This document shows positions 1 to 13,883 of a stretch of DNA of 64,000 nucleotides, in pieces. How positions within the stretch are numbered: the first letter of the stretch is position 1; every line of letters starts with the position of its first letter. This DNA is from Lama guanicoe. Lineage: Eukaryota. The stretch lies in assembly GCA_013239625.1 (NCBI GenBank), contig MU053561.1, positions 3,969,992 to 4,033,991 of the forward strand. The letters run 5' to 3'. The position numbers and the translations under genes are program-made. The notes beneath the pieces are model-generated. The model ran no database searches, was not told where the DNA came from, and worked only from the letters and a program-made list of their open reading frames with translations.

Positions 1-95
1 TAACCTCCCCCAGGTCACCAGCTAGGAAGTGGAGGAGTCTTGGGTTTGAGCCTCAGTGATACAGAGCCCATGCTTTCAACAGTCACATTCTGCCA
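1..95. mobile_element. MIR SINE fragment
   Basis: aggtcaccagctaggaagtggaggag...cagagcccatgctttcaac is a MIR core-like motif. Confidence 0.6.
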
Positions 96-372
96 TAAAA
101 TACATGCCAATTATGTGCCATGTTAGGGGGTGATAAGTTCAGGAGGAAAAACTAACAGGGAAGCAGGACAGGAAGTGCTGGAATGTCTGCGTGAGAGAGG
201 GTGGTTTATATTTTTAATTACGGTGCTCGGGAAAATCCTCAGTATGAAGGGAGCACTTGAGCAAAGACTTGGAAGAAGTGAGGAAGTGAGTTTTTGAGGG
301 AGAGCTCTCTGAGGAACAGGCAGCAAGTGCAAAGGCCCTGAGGAGGAGTAGAGGTTCTGCACCCAATTTCAG

Positions 373-1150
373 TGTAGGAGTTGGCAGGGGGGTGGGGGGC
401 TTTTCACACCACCAAGTCATCTCTGACACCAGCTGGGTGTTCTACAATTCAACTCAATTCTGACACTATCAACGCAGAGAGAGCAACAGAATCCACAGGT
501 TAAGGGTTCGTGTCTACAGAATTACCACCGCCACCAACTCCACTCCACTTCAGATGCCAAGCCCAAATCCAGGTTGTCACCTATGCTTCTGACCAACCAC
601 CTATAGACTGGAGAGTCCAATGACCCCTTCCTTGAGTTTAATTAATTAAATTAATTGTGAGCCAGAGAGGCTCACAAAACTCAGAAACATTTTATCTACT
701 GGATTACTGGTTTATTATAAAAGCATATAATTCAGGAACAGCCAAATGGAAGAGATTCCCAGGACAAAATATAAAGAGAGGGTGTGAAGCCTTCACATCC
801 CGTCCTAGTGCACCACTTTCCCAGATCTCCAGGTGTTCACCAATCTGAAAGCTGCTCTCTGAGCCCATCCTTTTGGGTCGTCATGGACTCATCATTATAT
901 AGATGTGACTGATTAATCATTGGCTACTGGCAATTGATTCAATCTCCAGCCCCTCTCCCCTCTGCAGAGGTCAGGTGGTAGGGCTAAAAGTCCCAACCCT
1001 CTAATTACGAGGTTGGTCCTCACATGTGGTCCAAAGGCCATCTCCTTAATGAAACATGAGACTCTCATAATAGGCAGTTCCAAGGAGCTCTGTGCTAGAA
1101 ACGAGTTGAGGACCAAATATATATTTCTTATTATAAGACACAAAATCTCA
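373..1150 (-). mobile_element. Solo LTR, MER21-like (ERVL), inserted in an L2-like fragment
   Basis: Motifs ctgacaccagctgggtgt, caattcaactcaattctgacact and accaaatatatatttcttattat resemble the MER21 consensus as recalled; left boundary approximate. Confidence 0.7.
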
Positions 1151-1307
1151 GGGAGCCTGCCTGGAGTGTAGAGTGGCCAGAGTGAAGGGAGAGAGGGAAG
1201 TGGAAGGAGATAAGACAGACAGAGGTAGTGGGGTTGGGGGGTTGTGCCATGTGGGGCGGTGGAGAGTGTGATGAAGACATGGGGTATTTTCTGAGTTAGA
1301 TAAGAGC

Positions 1308-1560
1308 AGTGGCAGTCATGATTTCCGCTATGTATTTCCCACCTTCTGCCTTCGGACCTCACGATAGGATTGCTGTCCCTTGTCCCGTTGAAGCTAGGTG
1401 TAGCCATGTGACTTTCTCAGTCAACAAAATGGAAGCAGAGGGGATGTGGTCACTTTGAGGCAGAAACGCTGGATGAGAAATAAACTTTGCTGGGTTAAGC
1501 CACTTCGATTTTGGTGTCATTTGTTACCTCCGCATAACTTAGCCCAAACTGATGAATACA
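1308..1560 (+). mobile_element. MLT1-type (ERVL-MaLR) LTR fragment
   Basis: ccatgtgacttt...gagaaataaactt...ttaagccact...ttgttac...gcataac...aataca is the typical MLT1 3' end. Confidence 0.75.
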
Positions 1561-1784
1561 GATTCCAAGAGGGAGTATGAGGGTGTTTTCGATCATCACT
1601 AATATTGGAAATAATGAAAAGTGATCAGATTCTAGATACATTGAGTTGAATGTGCTAGTGAATTTGCTCATGAATTGGATATTGGGTGGAAGAGAAAGGA
1701 ATCCAAGATGTCCTCAAGTTTCCTGGTGTGGGCAACGAAAAGGACAAAAAAGCCCTCACCCCTCCAAACCACCCACTTCGTGAA

Positions 1785-1811
<27 letters not shown>
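1785..1811. repeat. (CA)n microsatellite
   Basis: About 13 uninterrupted AC units. Confidence 0.95.
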
Positions 1812-1816
<5 letters not shown>

Positions 1817-3883
1817 TTTTCAAAAAAAGAACCCTGCTTTTCATTCGGCAGGCAGAATGCCTGAAATTTCACCATTAAGGAGTCATTCCTCTTGGATAAG
1901 CATTGCCCTTTCGGGCAGCTTATTTTAAAATTAAAATACCCACAAAAGCAGTTGTTTAATGTGGATGGATTTATTTTAGCCACTCAAAGACATCCTTGAA
2001 ATCATCTAGTTCAAGCCTCTTATTTCATTTGAAGGAACCAGAGCCCCAAAAGGTAAATAATGTTGCCCAAGGTCATGTAGAAAATTAAAGTCCAGCTGAG
2101 AGTCCAAGAGAAGAACTGACTCCCAGTGCCCTGCTTTCTCCCTGGCCTCTTGTCCAGCCTGGGCAGGAGGGTGGGGTCGGGTGCTCCTGGCCAAGAACGG
2201 GCCTTGGAGAGGATGCAGGGAAAAGCAGGGGAGCCATGTAAAGGAGCATCACCTTCTTCACTATTTTGTGTGGACCAGTCCCAAGCAGGACTCGGGAGCA
2301 TCTTCCTTCAATGTTGCAAATCCTTCCATCATGCTAACCTTGACTCGGTTGGTCCTGAGCCAAAAACCAAAGCTGAGAAGAAAAATTATTAAAAGGAACT
2401 GAAAAAAAAAATGCATCCCGTTCAACTTTGTGATTGTGTCTGACGCTTAGCAAGCGTGGAGCCCATTCAAGTCCCTTCTCCCCTCCGTCCTGTTAGATGT
2501 CTTCCTGCCCTGCCAGCTTTGTGCCACTCTTCCTGCAAAGCATTCTGTGAGCTGCTCCCCATGGGCCGGGTGCAGCTAAAAACAGACAGCGCCAACACTC
2601 CTCTTAGTATCCTAGCACACTGTACCCTGGCACCCTAACTAGAATCATTTGATTCTGCATTTTTACGTCAGGCTTTAAATTTGCAAAGCGCCTGACTGTA
2701 ATTTTTATTAGATTTTTTATTATTAGTTGTACCTTTTAAAACAGCTATTTGAAACCATTAATACTGAAATTCCTCTCTGACTTTTGCAAATCTTGGACAG
2801 TGGCCATTTGTAGTGACTTTTGTCTTAGACCTACTCTGGGGTGTAGGGAAGCCAAACAACATTTTTAGGTAGTTAGCGACCGGCAATTTCCCATGAGTGG
2901 CAGAGTAGGGAGAGGTAATAAGGAGTTTTAGACCAGAATCTCGTCCTCTAGGAAGGAAGGAAAGAATAACCCAAAGAGCAAAATACTGCCGAAGAGATTC
3001 ACAGGCTTCAAGGCCACATAGCAACTCTCAGAGCCACTGGCAGCTGAGGGACAGCTTATAATGTTTATCAGGCCCCCGTATTAGAAAAATGTGTAGCATA
3101 AACTGAAATTGTATTACTTTTTCCTTCTGAAGTTTAACTGAATGTCTATCTATATTACACAAACGTGCTGAAAAGTACATCAAAGCCTATAAAAATGTTA
3201 ACTAAGACGGTGTTTCCAATGATTTTGCTTTCATTGGAAAAGAAATGTCCCCATAAAAAGGCATAATCTGTGCCTCATTCCCCTGTTGAGAGATCTACAG
3301 ATTCTGCACTCAATGTCCTGGGTAAACGTCCCTTTCTTCCAATGCAAACCAATTTTTTTCTTTCCCTGCACACGTGCAAGGAGTTTGGAAAGCTCGCTCA
3401 AGCCACACTTGGAACCGTGTGATGTTGTGTGCTGCTTCTGGACACACGGCCTGTTTCATATATTAACCGCATTCTGAATTCCACTGATGACAATGCCATA
3501 TGTGCTGTCTTCAGTTTTCACCCCCATTTATACCTTTATTCCCCCTAACAGATCCCAGCTGTTATTAAAGAACAGTATTTAGGTCCCATTACAGCAAAGA
3601 TTTCTCTATAACAGATGATCCCAAGCAAATGGCCCATTTCTTGGAATAATTTTACTCAGTTCAGTCTCTGCCATGTACTGTATGTATTCAGATCCACCAA
3701 CGCAAAGAGGAGAAAAGCTAAATATCCGATCTCAGTGGGCTCAATATTTGAAATGACAAGATTCCCAACACAACAAAAGAAAGGTGGTTCCCCCTTGAAC
3801 TTTATCCTGATGGGACCTAATAGAGAATTCCAAGTGGGGATGGTGCTGCGACCCTATCGGGATTTTAAGGGGATTTTCCCCCC

Positions 3884-3946
3884 TTTTTCATTTCTCTTTC
3901 ATTTCATTTCTTTCTTTCTTTCTTTCTTTTCACTTCACTTCACTTC
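3884..3946. repeat. (TTTC)n/(TTCAC)n pyrimidine-rich simple repeat
   Basis: tttctttctttctttctttc followed by ttcacttcacttcacttca. Confidence 0.8.
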
Positions 3947-5735
3947 AGACCTTCTTGGTCTGAGGGCTCTGAGGTTCTACCACAGGGATAAAAGTCCTTT
4001 AGCAGCTGCCGTTGCTCTGTGACAACACAGATTCATTTCCAAGGGGCCAAGGAGGCCTCCCCATCACCTTACTCACACCAACCAGGTCTGACAGTATGAT
4101 ACTGGCATCGACACTACGTGGCTTAACAGGGATTTATCTGCCCCAAAGCACACACCAGACGCAGAGCTGAAACCAGCTCTTTGCCCCACCCTAAGACCTT
4201 AGCTTCAAAGCAGCTCTTTATTCCGTCTCAGCACAGTGGGACGACATCGCACATTGGAGCTTTTCTTCTTGGGCCTCTTGTGCAAGCATTTTTTCCCTCA
4301 CCACAAAATGCTTTTCTTTTTTTAAAAAATGAATTTGCTGCTCCAACCGGCTTGGTATCTGGCTCTGGGTTCAGAACTTGAGGGTACGTGGTGAGGGTGA
4401 AATGTGTTTCTGGATTCTGTGGTTTCAAAGTGGCTACTCTTTCCAAACCAGGGTGGGCCCTCTGGAAATCCGTCAAGTTGGCGAAGTCTGCCTTTCCCTC
4501 CTCTGTCACCCCAGCTTGATCTGAGTAGAAGGAAATGCATCCACGGAATCAAATAATTCCACTCAGTACTCACTCGATGCAAAGGAATATCTCAAAGTGC
4601 CTTATCTCCACTGTCTTGTTTAAATCTCCCAGTGTTTCCACGAGCCTTCCAATCTTCCTCCTCCAGAGGGGGTCTTCCTCCCCTGAGGAATCTGATGCTC
4701 AGAGAGGTCAACTTGCCCAAGGTCACAAAGACAGTCAGTAGTTAAGGCAGACAGGACTCCATCCTTGGATAAAGGAAATTTGAAGGCCACAGGCCCAACC
4801 CCTATACCAATACAGTCTTCTATCAAACGTCAGTCATATTCTTTATGCTACATAATACAAAGGTGTGCTACTTTCCAAAAGAGACAAAGAAGAAAATTTC
4901 CTATAAAAACATCTAACTTGGCTTCAACCAAGGTCTTCCAGTCCTCCCACGACATCGTATAAGCCCAGCACTGTCTTCCTCCCTGCAGCTGGGACATGAA
5001 CTTCTTGCTGCAGACACGACATTGCAGGCAGTGAGGGTATACACCTGCTCGATGGGGCAGGAGAAACCTGTCTGTCAGGAAAATGCCTTCCCCTCATGTA
5101 CTTCCTTCTTAATTAAAATAACATTTTGAAAGTAAAATTATACAGTGTGTAGAATAAACAGCACAACAATAGCTGTGATTAATCTGTCAGAGATTGTATA
5201 ATGTGATGCTAATAGGAAGAAATAAACTCCCGCTGAAGCTCAAAGTCAGCTCTGCACATGGGGAACTTTTAAAATTAGAATGCCGAGAAATGAATCTCCA
5301 TCCTGGAAAAAAAAAATCAAAAAAGTCCTCTGCAGGCCTTCGGGACGAGGGAGGAAAGACAACCGGAGGGGGACATTCCACTGCCCAGAGGAGTGGGGAG
5401 CCTGGAGAAGGAGAGTCCAGGTCTGCAGCCTCACCTCGTTGTCCCCCAGCATCTGGCAGCCCCCACTTTCTAACCTTGTGGCGGTCACTCCAACCTCCCT
5501 CAGCCCTCACATGTACTGCTACAATGCATCCAGCTCAGCCCCGGCAGGGCACGTAGGGGTGTGCACGCATGGGGCAAGTGTGCATGGGAGTGCCCGGGTC
5601 TGTGCTGAGCACCTGCTAAACAGAGCCTCTGCTATGCCTTATGGTCAGGGGCTGCTTTAATTTATAGGTATTGGGCTCAATAAGCAAAGAAACTGGAATT
5701 AAGAACCCAGATCTTTCGGGATCTAAATCCTGGGC

Positions 5736-5758
5736 TTTTTTTTTTTTTTTTTTTTTTT
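5736..5758. repeat. Poly-T (23 nt)
   Basis: Direct count from the sequence. Confidence 0.9.
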
Positions 5759-8079
5759 AGAGCGGTATAAGCTAAGAAAGAAACTGCGCATGTTTGACTT
5801 ACATCCATGGAAAGGCAAATAACTAGTTGAGGAGCATGTGCCTAAACATGCAGTTAAGCAATGATTTAAAATGGAGCACCTACTGTGTACAGGGACTGTG
5901 TTAGGTGCTGGGAATGCCCTGGCCCCTGCCCCCCAAGAGATAACCTTGTTGCAGGGGAGAGAAGGGAGACCAACAAGCAGACAGACACTTACAGTCTAGT
6001 GCACATGCTTCAGGGGCCCAATCAGAGGGGGCGACGGGGCCACAAGGGAAGTCAGGCTGCCTCCGAAGTCATGTCTACACTGAGGTCTCAGAGACAAGGC
6101 AGGGTCAGCTTAGTGAAGGGGATGCGGAGCAGGGGAAATGTCCCAGGAAGAGGAAAGAGCATGTGCAAAGGCCCAGAGACCAGGAAAAGCACAATCCAGG
6201 GATGTCCACACAATCTGTCTATAGACAAATGAGACGTGATTTCAAACCCCGCCCCCAGATTCTGTATTCCCCCAAATACTCTCTTCACCCAGTTTACAAG
6301 TTAGCCCTGCTAGTGACTGTGCCAGGCCATTTTCCAAGAGTAGAATTGGGACCTGAGGGTGATCACTGGTCCCCTAAACGGAGGCAATTTTTGCCAGACT
6401 CACAATTTGGCAGAAGTGAAGTCTTGTTGGCACCAAGATCCTTGTCAAAAAGCTGCTATCTGCAGGGGTGATGCGTGTCTCACATCTGCTGCATCTGCAG
6501 CGTATCAGCAGATACACCATCAGATCCCCAAAAGGGATCCCGGGAACTCCCTGCTGGTCCCAAACTGATGCTTAACAGGACTACAGCCTGGGACTGAGCG
6601 GGGCTAAGGGAGCGTGGCCAAGGTCAGGGTGGAACTGAATTATTAAAAGAGCCAGTGCACCCAAGTGGTTTATAGTCTTCTTGGCTTCCACCATACTGAC
6701 AAAAAAAAAAGAAAGAAAGAAAGATTTTAGAGACCTAAGACTTAGTTCTTTAAGATTTTTTCCCAAATATTAGTCAGTAAGGTGTGATGCTGAAGGCATG
6801 GGCTTTGTTGGTCACCAGATTAGGTTAGTTATTTGCTGGCCGTGTGACCTCAGGCTAGTTATTCAAACCCTCGGAGTTCCAATTGATTCGTTCAATAACA
6901 TGCATTTGTTGAGGACCTACTACATTCCTGGTGTTGTGATGGGAATTTACAGTTCCTAGGATTTTATGGCTTAGTGGGCATGGTAGACTATTGCCTGTTA
7001 CATAAATGTAATAAGGATGTATGTACGTACACTCTCTTTCGCATTCCCAGTATCTGACCTCCCCCTCTTCTTCCAGAGACATGTGGTTTCCATAGGAGAC
7101 TTTGGGGATTTTTGTAGCCAGAATGCCAAGAGAAAGAAAGAGTCAACATTCAGCTTTCCACATCCTGAATAGGATTTTTGAGTCCACTGCAAGACAATGG
7201 TTTTGAAAGCCAGGCATTGGGGTGGGGTGGTGGAAGGGCAGTTCTGAATTCCTTAAGCTCCCATTAAAATATCAAGAGCCAGGCTTGGAGTTTCTGATCA
7301 CAGAGTTTCAGGATAAGCCTGGGGTGGGGAGGGCTCTGGGTGTGACATAAGAGGAGTCCTGACAGGGAAGGAGGAGGAAAAAGCTCTCCCCTTCAACCCC
7401 ACAGGGGAGTAAGGGAGGGGAAAGACAGGACAGGGAAGGAGATCATTGGCCAGTATCTCATTTTCCCTCACTCTCGGGCCTACCCTAAAGGTGGGAGTGA
7501 GTATTATAGAAACAGAGAGGTAGGAGAGAACCAGAGAATATTGGAGCTAGCGGCCTGTTTCCCTGGGCTCAGCCTCTGGGAGATGCCCCACAGTCGGTTT
7601 GGCGCCAATATGGTGGAGGAACGGGAGTGTGGCATTGGTGGGGAGGGGTCCTCAGTAGAGACTTTAGGAGGATGTGGCTGGCTCCCGGTAGCCTGCACGC
7701 AGTGCGCAGAGATCACTAGCCCTGACATTGTTGTTGACCTCCAGACTTCTGTGCTGCACATATGCGCTTGAATGCTCCATAGATCCCCTCAAATCCTAAA
7801 CTGAAGATCTCTGCTTCTCAGCCCACCCACAGGCTCCACCACTGATGCCACATCTCCATAGCTGGCACCAACATTTACCTGGTCAGGCAAATCAGGAAGC
7901 CAGGGGACATCCAGGAGACCCCTGTCTCTCCCTCATCCTCTCATCCAACCATTCCCCATGTCCTGACAAATTCACCCCCTACATTGATTTTGAATGCATC
8001 TCCTCGCTATGATTAGCTCCCACTTCCCCTCTTGGGCCATCATCATTGTTGTTCACTTGGATGCGAACTTTATTTTTCA

Positions 8080-8460
8080 ATCCAAGTAGAGCAAACTGGG
8101 AGGACAGAATGGAAGACTTTGGGGCATCGGGCTAAGAAAGTGTAGCATAAGGTACTGCCCGTGCTCCCTCTGATCTCACTGTGCTGATGGACTTTTTTTT
8201 TTTTTTTACAAGCACCTGGGGGCTTTCTCTGGCTGCAAGAGTGTGTTCAACAAGTACAGGAGGCAGACTACTAGTGATGGAGGATTAGTCTCCCTTCCCC
8301 CAAAACAGCCTTCAACCAATTTTTGAATGGGAGTTGGTGGATAAATACCCCAGCTCCGTTACTCTTCATGAGAGATGCTGCTGAGGAATGACCGTTTTGC
8401 CTGGGAAAGACCCTAGACCCCAGGTGGTCTCCCTGCACTTGGTCTGACCCTCCGAAATTC
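8080..8460 (+). mobile_element. LTR16-like (ERVL) fragment
   Basis: tgggagttggtggataaataccccagctcc motif characteristic of LTR16 as recalled; boundaries approximate. Confidence 0.55.
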
Positions 8461-11400
8461 ACACCTTCTTTGACCTGCCCTGTGACTCTTCCAGCTTCAC
8501 CGCCTACCACTTTGTGCCCCATTAATTCTGAGCTGGCTGCAGCCTCCTGCACGCACAATGCTGTTTCACACTTGTACACCTTACTTCAAGTTGTTGCCTC
8601 TGTCTGAAACGATGCACTTCTTCCCTGGCTCTTCCCCATGCCTCAGAGCTTAGCTCCGGCAATAACTCATTTACATATATTTCTTAAGCCTTTGCTCTGT
8701 GCAACACAAAGAGCTATAGAAGAACCTAGAAAGGGCACCCAGTCTTGACTTTTGGGATTGAGGAAAGCACCTTTTAGAAGTGTCAGCTTAGATTCTAAGA
8801 AATGAGTCTCAGAGGAAGACGAATGGGCTCCTGAAGAGTGCTGAGGATTGGCCCTAGTGGGAGAGGAGTGGGAGAGCCTCAGGTGTCTGAACACAGCACC
8901 CACGAAGGTGTTACCTAGGCTGTCCAAGTGGTGGCTGTAGGGTTATTGGAGGCCCTTGTAGGGACAGAGCTGGAGAACTTGGAGGCTCACAGCTATTTGC
9001 ATCAAGAGAGCAGAGGAAAGACTCCAGTCTACCAGGAGACCCGCTTGCCTCTGTCTGCACCTAAGGAGATCATTGCCTTTATCACTGTGGCTGATTTCTG
9101 CATCTATCTCACCTTTCTTTCCAAATCAAGCCCACCCAAATCACAATTTTATTTTCACACACCTGGTGTATAATGTATATTAAATAACTATGTATTAAGT
9201 GGGTGAAGCAACTCACTAGAATTTAAGTTCCATATGGCTAGAGGATGTTGTGTTCGCTTGCTGAACCTCTGGCACCTAGAACAGGACTGGCCTGTAGCGG
9301 GTGTTCAGAAATTACTAATTTAACATATGTAACTCTATAATTACAAGTCACTATAGTTATTATGGCTCCAAGAGGATAGATCTTTCTTCCAAGGTCGCAC
9401 CACCTTTGAGGAGCTAAATCTTCCCGATTCCAAGCCAGTGGCTTTCCTGAGCTGCAGTGCCCCTGCTGGAGAAGGGCTGAACTGCTCTGAGTCCCACTCG
9501 GTTCCCTGACGGGTTCCAGTGATGAGATCCATGGTGGCTGCTGAGTTCAGAGCAAGGACTCTGGGTGGAGGCACTGAGGGTGCAGGTGGGATGACAGCAG
9601 AGTCAGTGATGATGCCTGTGCACGTGCACGTTGGCTAAAACAAGAACCCAGGTAGCCCTTGGCACATAGGGACATTCAAAATGTCAGTGACAGAGGGAGC
9701 ATGCATGAGAGGTCAGAGTTGAAGCTAGGGGTAGAATCAGAAAGCAAGGAGGGAACACCCGGGAGAGGGTACACGGGGAGGAATGTGAGGTCCAGGACGG
9801 AGCCACAGGAGGCACGGGCATCCTGAGGGCAGAAGGAGAAGTCAGAGCAGTAGATGGCAAGTCGGGACAGGACAGTCACAGAAGCATGGAAAGAAAAGCG
9901 TTAGATGCAGGAGGCCATTGGACAGCAGGCCGAGGACTGGCAAAGTCTGCTGAATTTGGCTGAAAGGAGGAAGAAGCATGGTGCTGAACAACAAGAGCTT
10001 CACAGGCTCGGGTCAAATCTCTGCTCAGCCATTGGCCGGCTACCAGTGACTTATGCTGAGCAGAAGACTTCCCTCTCAGGTCCTCAGCTTCCGTGTCAAC
10101 AAACACATGATACCTACTGATCAGGCCATGGGATGCCTCGCCAGGGCTTGAAAGGAGGGATGTGCTCAATCATGCTACTGTTACTACATTGGTGGCAATG
10201 TTGTTATTGCCACTGGTGACCTTGAAGAAGAAAACATCAGTTCCGTAGGCAGAAGGGAAGGAGAGGGGAAGAAGATGGGAACCAGATTGCAGGAAGTCAA
10301 GGAGATCCAAGGAAATGGTGGGTGTCAATGACTTTGCTGGGGAATCTGGTAGTGAAAGGAGCTGAGAAATCTAGTGGTCCAGCGGCAGGACGGTCAGTGG
10401 TTTCCTTAAGAGAGAAAAGGCAAGTGAGTGCTCGTAAGCACAAGCTTCCCTCTGCAGAGATGGAGAGTCTGAAGATATCCGAGAAGGGGGAAAGCCAGGA
10501 GCAAGCCCCATAAGAAGGCAGGGATGGCCTCTGAGAAGGGGGAGCCCCCTGACTGCACCCCACCTTCCTTCGCTCCTTTTCCTCAGCCTCTTTCAGAAAG
10601 AAGACTTGCCTGGAAGCCAAGAGGCTCACGTTCTGGTGCTGATCCTGGCTGTTCGTAATCGGCTTCCTGAACACTTGCGTTCTCCTGCATAAAAGAGGTG
10701 GCTGGAGTGATCGTGTCTGTGATTCTGTAACCATGTTATTTTACTTGGCATTAGAAAACATTTCTTCTTCTGAAGTTTTTCTCCACGCTGATTAAAAGGA
10801 AGGGAAAAAATGCTTTGAGCTGAAGCTATCACTTCCTCCAGCAATTGGGACAATATTTCTATTTCACACGTACTGTGAGCAGATCCGGTGATTCCATCAG
10901 TACTGGCAGATCACTGCTGAGCCTCCTGGTATTTTAAATAGCATGTGCACTTTGTCCCTGCCTTCTGGAAAGAAGCAAGGGAGAGGCAGGAGCTTTGTGC
11001 TAGGCTGAGTGGTGCTGTTGGCGAGGCACTCAGTGGCTGCAGGCTTCTGAATCCTCAGAAATAACGACAATTACTGTGCACGCCACAATCTGTCCTCCAA
11101 GGCAGCAAATGTATCAGCTGCTGGTTATTTTGAAACCCTGGATGAAAAGCTCTTTCGAGAAAATCGAATACAGAAAAACATGCTTATCCTCTGCTGGTCT
11201 GCACCATTCCTTCTGCCCACTGCCCTCTCAGCTGTTTTCATTCCTCTCAACAAAGCTGGTCCAGGCCTGAAGGGCCTTGTCTCAATGACCCAGGAGAGAG
11301 ACATTTTTGGGGGCCCTTCGTGAAAGTGGAAGAGGCAAGAGAAGAAGACACCTGGCTATGTGACTTGATGCCAAGGCTGGTCTGACCTAGAACCTGCTGG

Positions 11401-13771
11401 AAACCAATCCACTGTGTGTGGGTGGGTTGTCTGACAGCCACAAACGGCTCTGATCATTGTTGGATTCAACAAGCATTCACTGAACACCTACTGTGTGCCA
11501 GACCCTGAGCAAGGACGAGGAGAGATGGTGATAACCATGGCCGGGATCTGATAATCCAGCCCTGACAAGAGCACAAGCTCTCTGATCAGGATCATGGCCA
11601 TCTCACAGTGCCTGGCACATAGTCTGTGCTCAAAAATCTGTCTTTGGAGTGCATGTGTGTTATTTCCATGCTATAATTTACTCAAGATCCTTAAAGCTCA
11701 GGGACAGAAACAGAGCTAGTCAGGGATGGAAAGGAGCTCTTATTAAACCAACATGTGCCATCAGTATGTGACCAATCATTTGAGGGGCGGGGCATCCAGT
11801 CTTATATCCTGCTTACATCATTTTAAAATTTCCCTCTTAAACACCACATGAAAAAGAACCACAAGGGCCTCAAATCCTTTTGTCCTTCTGGGTGACGCCA
11901 CAAGGACACATCCAAAAGCTTTGGATTCAACCTTCAAATTCTGTTATTTCAAAATTTTCAACTTCATCCCTAAATTCTCAGGCAGCTATTATGTAAGGCT
12001 TAGCGGCTAGTGCTTTCAAACAAGTTTATACATGGCATGGCTGATGAACGAATTTGTCCTATTGTCTGGAAATTCCTTTGTTTCATTGATGATGATAAAT
12101 TTCCTAATGGATCACCCTGACTCTGATGAGACTTCTACAAAAAGGCCATTCGTGGTGGTCCCCGAGGCTTGCACCCACCTCCAAAGTGTGTTCCTCCACC
12201 AGTCTCTATCTGAACAACTCAGAAATGGACTAGCCTTTGCTGAGAAGTAACAAGGTCAGATCAAAGCTAAAGCTCCCTTCTCTTTCCCTTTAGCTAAAGC
12301 TGAAGTCTGGGGATTTCTTCCTACCTCCTCCTTCTCAGAGGATGCAAAAGTGGGTGAACTCGGCTATGGGAGCAAAGGTGAAGACAGAAAGAAGTGACAA
12401 CTTCAGACCAGTCTGTGTCAAGTGCCTGAGCAGGACCTCCTTTGCTCAAGTGCCCTCCACTGGGGTCAAGGGTCACCCATGGACTTATATTAGGAACCTC
12501 TGTACTTCACTAGATCCCAGGACCTGAGGGTGACCATTGCCTTAATCGCGCTGGCTTAGCTTCGTCCATAATGGGAGACTCTACCTCTCCCTCATCTGTG
12601 TCTCCCTACATGTCTTCCTCCCTTGTGGCATCAGGCACAGAGTAGGGCTCAGCATGTGATCTGTTCAAGGACGAAGTGAGGACATCTTCAGGCTCAGCAC
12701 CAGAGTGGGTGGGGGTATGGATTTTCAGAGACCCGTGAATCCCCCAGAACATTATTACAATTAATGATGCACATTTGGTGGAAATCAGACTTTACAGGTA
12801 TTTCTGGGTCTTGCTAGTATGGACCATGGGTCAGACAAGCTCCCCCAGCAGGCTCTGAATCCACAGAACCCAAGAAATCTTGGAGGGCCGGCCAGGAGAT
12901 CCCACCTCACTGAAAGTCTGGATGGTGGAGAAAAAGAAGAATTTGGCTTGGGGTGGGGCAGAAGGCTCTCTGCCTAGGTCAGTTTAGAGCCAACAGAACT
13001 CTTGCAAATTTGATGAAAGCTGGAGACCCTCAACCCAGAAAAATGCACTCATTACACACACACACATACAGTTCTGCCTCCAAGTTCAGAGTGGTCAGGG
13101 ACCCCAGGAATGAAGCTTCTGGAACAAGGGCTTTAAGTTAAGGCTTCGATTCTAGGACTTGAAGCCTAAATCCTCTGCCCCTCATTCCTGCGCTGGATTT
13201 GTCTCTGTCCCAGGGGCCTTCTAGCTGGTTCTGGCTCTCAGAGCCACAGCTCTGTGTTGGAGGAACCCCCGCACCTGCATCTCACGGAGCTACCCTGGGT
13301 GTTCTTTTCGCCTAAGGTGACGGGAGGCGTCCTGGGAGAAAAAGGTCTCTGGGCTTTTCTCCCTTGGCTGCCAGGAGCAGAAGCAGCTGAAGCCTAGGGC
13401 ACGGAGGATGGCGCCGGACAGACCCCCCCACCCCCACCTCGCCCCAGGCGCTGGCTCGAGGGAAGGGCGGGGAAGTGCGAGGAGCTCCGGGCAACTCCGC
13501 CCCACCCACAGCCTGCTCGCCCATTGGCGTCGGGGGCCAACACCCCCTCCTGGTACTCCAGAAAACCCCCAGCCAGCCGGGCTTTGAGCGCAGACCCTCC
13601 AACCCCCGTGCGTTTCCTTTGACCTCTGGAGGTTTGAACCCCTCCTGTCACGGGAAAGATCGATGTCTGGTTCCCAAGATCCCTACGGGCTGGCACCTCC
13701 GCTTGGCCAGAGCAGGTACGGGACTGGGGCCGGGGAGGGGGGTTGGAGTGGGGGAAAGGATTTGGAGTGGG

Positions 13772-13778
13772 TGACTCA
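13772..13778 (+). promoter_or_regulatory. AP-1 consensus TGACTCA in the proximal promoter (about -75)
   Basis: Perfect consensus seen in the sequence; function is inferred only. Confidence 0.55.
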
Positions 13779-13849
13779 GGAGTCCGGGAGGAGGGGCTAA
13801 GAATTCAAGAAGCCTGTGTTAGAGCAGCAGCTCGGCGCTCCGGCACAGC

Positions 13850-13882
13850 AGAGAGCGCTGGGAGCCGGAGGGGAGCGCAGCG
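13850..13882 (+). other. NGF: NGF exon 1 (non-coding; equivalent to rodent exon IB); TSS approximate
   Basis: Matches the recalled 5' end of NGF mRNA and ends at a strong donor, GCG|GTGAGT (intron starts at 13883). Confidence 0.9.
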
Positions 13883-13883
13883 G

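Noticed and set aside
5706..5758. Hairpin AGATCT-TTCG-GGATCT within cccag...ctggg followed by T23, resembling a bacterial intrinsic terminator
   Set aside because: The context is mammalian intergenic DNA with no upstream gene or Pol III A/B box seen; most likely chance next to a poly-T tract.
9618..9629. 12-bp palindrome GTGCACGTGCAC containing an E-box
   Set aside because: An isolated motif among L2/MIR-like fragments; palindromes of this length are expected by chance in 64 kb.
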